Of a stretch of 37,926 nucleotides of DNA, positions 33,494 through 37,926 are shown piece by piece. The stretch is from the NCBI GenBank assembly GCA_013115145.1, contig JAAPAO010000340.1:1-37926 (forward strand), given 5' to 3'. The position numbers and the translations under genes are program-made. Positions within the stretch are counted from its first letter, which is position 1. Every line of letters begins with the position of its first letter. Below the pieces are notes generated by a model that worked only from the letters and a program-made list of their open reading frames with translations, was not told the origin of the DNA and did no database searches. This stretch comes from Perkinsus chesapeaki ATCC PRA-425. Lineage: Eukaryota > Protista > Perkinsozoa.

Positions 33494-34321
33494 GTTCAGA
33501 CTGGAGGTTCAAGGAAGCTGCGGCACAACTCGCGATCCAGATTGGGCGCTTAACTTCTCGTGTGATTAATACGAACATCATATAACCGCACAGGAACGAA
33601 TACACCATTCAAACGCCTAGCCTGAATAGTAACTTTACTTTGGAGGAGCGAACAAAATTGGACTCAGGACTCTCGTTCTGGAAGATTCAATTATCTAGGC
33701 ATTGCCTTTCAAAGGTAAGGAGCTGTGGTGACGTGGAAGAACAGCTATTGACGCGTGCAAGGTTATCTCGAATAACCTTTAATGACTTCTTCACTATCCC
33801 ACAGTAGAAGCCGAAAAACCAATACTGTATCATAGAGTCCACTAGACCGGGGGTCTAGGCGATATACTGGGGCTGGCGACATCGGAGACAGGGAGAGAAC
33901 GATTGCGCTGAGCTATGTTTCGGTTGCACGCATGCGTTGATCTTCCCTCCGTGCGCGCCATTTGACATGGTCCAATGAATTGAACTGTTATCAAATGGCC
34001 CGTGCTCGGTTGCTCAACAGTAGTGGGCGTCGGGACATGCTAGTCAGGACTCCTGACTCAGGAGCGGAAGCACTCGTGTGATGGAGCTCCGTTCCTTCCC
34101 AGAACCAACGCCCACTAGTCTATGGCGAGCGATGGCTAGCCACGGCGTTTCAACTAGCTCTCGCGATCTCGTCTCTATAACGGATGCATAATGCAGCTAC
34201 TAATGTGAAAGCTAAACAAACTGGACGACCTTGGCTCCGGTTGCTTCACCCCAGATGGCGCTGGATGCAAGCGTTTGGCATTCCCCGTTTGTTGTATAAC
34301 GAACATATACATTACTTTGGA

Positions 34322-34530
34322 TGTCACAACTAAGAGGGCATTGAACACTACACTGCGCTCTGCAGCCTGTGCGTCTTGCTCGTCCAGATCTGAGGGCTTC
34401 GGCTAAAGGAAAGGGTAATTAACCCAACTTGGAGTATTAGGAAATATAAACAAATACCCAAAAAAGTTCTGCTACTGTGAATAGGCTTAGGGGGACAAGG
34501 CTTTGTGACAACATTATTAGCTTTGTGACA
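34322..34530 (-). mobile_element. Putative 3' LTR (~190-210 bp)
   Basis: 8-bp inverted ends tgtcacaa (34322) ... ttgtgaca (34503-34510, repeated 34523-34530), giving TG...CA termini. Purine tract AAGGGAGGG lies just upstream on the - strand. No second LTR in the window to confirm. Confidence 0.5.
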
Positions 34531-34755
34531 TCATTGTCTACTCGGCACAATCATGCCCTCCCTTGTGGGGACACTGTCCTCACATCAGCTTAAACAACAT
34601 AGAACTTCTCCTTATCCAAATCTATCTTCTCGTCTGGATAATCTGGGTCATCCCAACGAATAGAAACATGCCCACTTTTCCATTCTCTAATCACCGTACC
34701 AGAATACTTCATCAGTTTGTAGTCGTTCTTCTTGATTCTGGTCTTAATCATAACT

Positions 34756-37700
34756 TCAATATGCATACCAATACGGCTGGGTAATACTTCTAGCCTCATC
34801 AACAGGGGATAGTTGATGATGATCCTTGTCAACAGCATCATATAAATGAGAGTACTCCAACGGCAAAATATTATAAGCATTCTCACGAGTAACTCGACCG
34901 CCAGGATGAACTACATCATACGTATGATCTCCACAAATAGACCATATGTGGCATAGTCTAAAAGGTTGGGCCAGCTTCTTACTCGGGAAGTAGACGATAA
35001 CCGGTTGCCCAACTATATAATCAACCAATTGATTCTTAGCTTTTTTACCAGTTTTAGAGCGAATGTTCTTAAGGGTAGCTTCCTTCAATAACCTCCAATG
35101 TAGCGTGAAGAAATTAGAGCGTATAGCATTAATCGATCTTCCTGGATTGAAGTGAACATCGCCAGCGTTACTCAGATGACCAAAACTAGAATCCGTAGCA
35201 CGACTATACCCATAAGCTAGCTGATCAGGTGTAACAGGCGTAGCACGTCCATCCAAACCATAACAAAACTTAGTAATAGGGCGCAAATTCAACATGGACA
35301 TACATTGCATTATTATCATTTCCAAGTAACTGTCCTGACAAGATACATCACCAGTTGCGTGACGTAAAAGAGCACGCAAGCGTCTAGCACCAAGATGATG
35401 GAGCTTCTCACCTCGACCCCCCTCCCAAGGAGAGCGAGTTGAAAGATACTCCACCCGAGCGCCCAATAACTGACGGCACTTTTCAGAGAAGCGAGAGGTT
35501 GTAAAATACTGTGCTCGATCCAACACAATAAGTCGAAGGCCTCCTCTCAGCAGTTGAATATATCTCAGAGCTTGTAAGATGGCCTCATGGTTCTCGGATG
35601 GCAATAGTTTCCAAGTAGTATGTGAAGTCAGTAAACACGTACAACTTAGAACTTTGCGTTTCCCGCCAATAGAGAATGCATCCACAAAGACCTTCCAATA
35701 TGCAGGGTAAGACGATAAGTTAGCATCAGATAATTGACCAGACCAACCAACTGAAGGGGGTAGTGCCCAAACTCGTTTCGCTCGTGTTACTTGACATACC
35801 ATACATTGTTTACATAAGCGTCGCGAATCGGCGATCAAAGCCGGTAGATGGTAGTCTGTGGCATACCCAACTGCACACCAACCACGATTCACTAAATCAG
35901 TCAAACAACCATTCACGAGAGTGTCTTCCTCAGACGTAAGTTTCACGGAGATGGAACGGTCACCATTAACTGATATCGGGGACAATGGAATCTCTACAAC
36001 CTGGTTGACGGCATCATGACATATAGTCGAAGGAGTCACCAAGTCGGCGGCATACACACAATGACCACCGATATAAGCACGGCTAGTACCACAGAGGCAT
36101 ATATCTAGGGCATCGATAAGTGTACGTCCTAAAAGAACAACCATATCCGAACCGTAACATTTAAGATTCTGCACTTGCAAAACACATAAAGTCACGGGTA
36201 CTCGACATCGTACTACATCGCCATGCAGTGACACTATATCGAGATAACACGGAACAACATAACGTGCGGAGGTCGTAGAGGAGTCAGCGAGCTCGATCTC
36301 AGCCGGCTCAGACAACCGTTGCTTATTGAAGGGGATGTTCTCGTCATTTCTAACAAGTAAGTAGCTTCTACCAGCAGCGGAGTCCACCAAAAAATTAGCT
36401 GTCAACTTAGCTTTCAAATCGATAGAACTTATATAACCTTTCAGAATAACCTCAGAAGGAATCGCCGACGTCACCGCTCGAGAAGGTTCATCGGGCCAAA
36501 CATGAAGGGCTTGTCGATCCTTCGTTACCAGTCGAACTCGATCAGAGGATTGAGCTGATGTTGTCGCCCTTAACGGCTCTGTATAAACCCATGTTCTGAA
36601 CAAGGCACTGTCGATATTAGCTACACGATCGTCGCCAGAGGTAGCGTTCGTGAATCCAGCGAAGAAAATAGGGTTTCCTCGACGGCTAGTGGCTTTAGAG
36701 AGCCCGTCGGCACCAATGGCCTGCACTTTCTCAACGGACCGACAGCCTTTACCAGAGAGTCCCCATACACGGGCATACTTTTTCGCCCAGTCAGCGAGAG
36801 GGACAGAGTTTCTATCATCAATCTGCCGTATCCAGTCTGGCCTTGAGGACGGCGGTCTATTAGGGTCTCGTTGTACTACTTGTTCGGGACCATCAACCAT
36901 CGACGCATCTCTTTCAGTGCGACATGTCTGTCGGATAACACCAACAATAGAGCGATTGGCTGAGCGGCCAACACGCTCCAATGGCAACGCTAGCTCCCAA
37001 TCTTGAGTCTCGGAACCGGATTCATCTGGGCCGGACATATAGCTTTTGATCTTGTCGATAGCTTTCACACGAATATCACCAGGGAGCCTACCCATAATTT
37101 TATCCACAAGTCTTCGTCGCTCGGACGAATCACCTTTATATACATCCATATAAAGATGGTAAATGGTACTACAATGCCGGAGGAAGCTGTCCACAGACTG
37201 AACACTCTCGAATCTCAGCTTCGAAAGTTTACCATCATAGTTGGTCTTGAGCACATCTCTTTGGGCGAATTGGGCTAGGAGTTCCTGCCGGATAGTCTGC
37301 CAGCGGTAGCCGGATGACTCTGCAATCTCACTTGCAGCATCCACAACTTCTACGCAGTCTCCAAAGCTTTGCACCAACTTGTTATAACAGGATATGGTAG
37401 TAGATTGATAAGGCTTATATCCAACATTGGAAACCATCCTACCAGCACCTATCTCAACCATGAGGCCCTCCACCATAGAGTAGTGGCTTTTCAGCCGATA
37501 AGACGCTACCAATTCAGGTACCGTCAGCTTACTAACTTCAATCGGTCGACATGCCCTTATAATCCTCGATGGTCTTGTCGTAGCCTCTGCTCTTAGTCTT
37601 TTCTCCCTGACAGTGTCATCAAGCCCAGGGGAAAGATCATCGAACTCCTCAGCATCGCCGTCGTCAATTCCTGGGAACACTGAGCTGTCATCGTCATCGT

Positions 37701-37878
37701 CGCCGTAGGCATCGTCTTCACCACGATTATCATCAGCATACTGTTGATCATGAGTGAGCATCGGGAGAGCATCGCGCCGACCGTGCCGGGCTGAGAAAGA
37801 TGACTCAGCTTCGGTGATAGCACGCCGATTGAGCATCCGCTCTGCTACCAAATCTAGCGGTGTCCGCATATGCAACAT
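34756..37878 (-). CDS. Gag-protease-integrase polyprotein (~1,040 aa, uninterrupted)
   Basis: Single intronless ORF; first ATG at 37878; no YxDD RT motif anywhere. Confidence 0.85.
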   Translation of the reverse strand: MLHMRTPLDLVAERMLNRRAITEAESSFSARHGRRDALPMLTHDQQYADDNRGEDDAYGDDDDDSSVFPGIDDGDAEEFDDLSPGLDDTVREKRLRAEATTRPSRIIRACRPIEVSKLTVPELVASYRLKSHYSMVEGLMVEIGAGRMVSNVGYKPYQSTTISCYNKLVQSFGDCVEVVDAASEIAESSGYRWQTIRQELLAQFAQRDVLKTNYDGKLSKLRFESVQSVDSFLRHCSTIYHLYMDVYKGDSSERRRLVDKIMGRLPGDIRVKAIDKIKSYMSGPDESGSETQDWELALPLERVGRSANRSIVGVIRQTCRTERDASMVDGPEQVVQRDPNRPPSSRPDWIRQIDDRNSVPLADWAKKYARVWGLSGKGCRSVEKVQAIGADGLSKATSRRGNPIFFAGFTNATSGDDRVANIDSALFRTWVYTEPLRATTSAQSSDRVRLVTKDRQALHVWPDEPSRAVTSAIPSEVILKGYISSIDLKAKLTANFLVDSAAGRSYLLVRNDENIPFNKQRLSEPAEIELADSSTTSARYVVPCYLDIVSLHGDVVRCRVPVTLCVLQVQNLKCYGSDMVVLLGRTLIDALDICLCGTSRAYIGGHCVYAADLVTPSTICHDAVNQVVEIPLSPISVNGDRSISVKLTSEEDTLVNGCLTDLVNRGWCAVGYATDYHLPALIADSRRLCKQCMVCQVTRAKRVWALPPSVGWSGQLSDANLSSYPAYWKVFVDAFSIGGKRKVLSCTCLLTSHTTWKLLPSENHEAILQALRYIQLLRGGLRLIVLDRAQYFTTSRFSEKCRQLLGARVEYLSTRSPWEGGRGEKLHHLGARRLRALLRHATGDVSCQDSYLEMIIMQCMSMLNLRPITKFCYGLDGRATPVTPDQLAYGYSRATDSSFGHLSNAGDVHFNPGRSINAIRSNFFTLHWRLLKEATLKNIRSKTGKKAKNQLVDYIVGQPVIVYFPSKKLAQPFRLCHIWSICGDHTYDVVHPGGRVTRENAYNILPLEYSHLYDAVDKDHHQLSPVDEARSITQPYWYAY

Positions 37879-37884
37879 GCTAGC

Positions 37885-37926
37885 TGGCACCGGGTGGGAT
37901 TCGAACCGGGGTTGCCTGACTGGCAG
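37885..37926 (-). tRNA. tRNA-like 3' half, cut by the window edge; possibly degenerate
   Basis: CTGCCAGTCAGGCAACCCCGGTTCGAATCCCACCCGGTGCCA has a canonical T-loop (GGTTCGAATCC) and ends in CCA, but the T-stem pairs poorly. Isotype cannot be called. Confidence 0.4.

Larger units (their letters stand above)
34322..37890 (-). mobile_element. BEL/Pao-like LTR retroelement lacking RT and RNase H
   Basis: Gag-like region, aspartic protease FLVDSAAGRSY, CKQCMVCQ, and DDE core VFVDAF / IVLDRAQY / SPWEGGRGEK. LNLRPI...VTPDQL and a VGQPVIVY tail are typical of BEL/Pao integrases. Confidence 0.8.

Noticed and set aside
36650-37823. Short ORFs overlapping the polyprotein
   Set aside because: Alternative-frame or antisense shadows of gag-PR-IN.
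37885-37926. tRNA match as the element's primer-binding site
   Set aside because: It is sense, not antisense, on the element's coding strand, and no LTR end is adjacent.

Overview
Eukaryotic genomic DNA with many short (mostly 40-50 nt) GT-AG introns. It looks like a Perkinsus-type alveolate, but that is an inference. Most ORF-track entries are exon pieces or antisense shadows, so I rebuilt genes by hand from splice sites and codon phase. The window has four parts. (1) 2.7-17.2 kb is a mosaic tandem amplification of a head-to-head cassette: a SCAMP-like 4-TM gene (-) and a small signal-peptide/type-I membrane protein gene (+). All three full copies of the + gene are intact, while neighbouring genes are decaying and carry many templated fold-back insertions. 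(2) An 8-bp TAACCTAG-type satellite lies at 18.2-18.75 kb. (3) A ~10-kb NRPS-like gene of roughly 25-28 exons lies on the - strand (29147->19010), with the unusual order adenylation - membrane/Cys-rich insert - carrier (T) - terminal condensation. Its introns hold tRNA-derived SINE-like copies and a 41-bp minisatellite. (4) A BEL/Pao-like LTR element has one open gag-protease-integrase ORF but no RT/RNase H, and a tRNA-like 3' end abuts its start. All domain calls come from motif recognition by eye; no searches were run.
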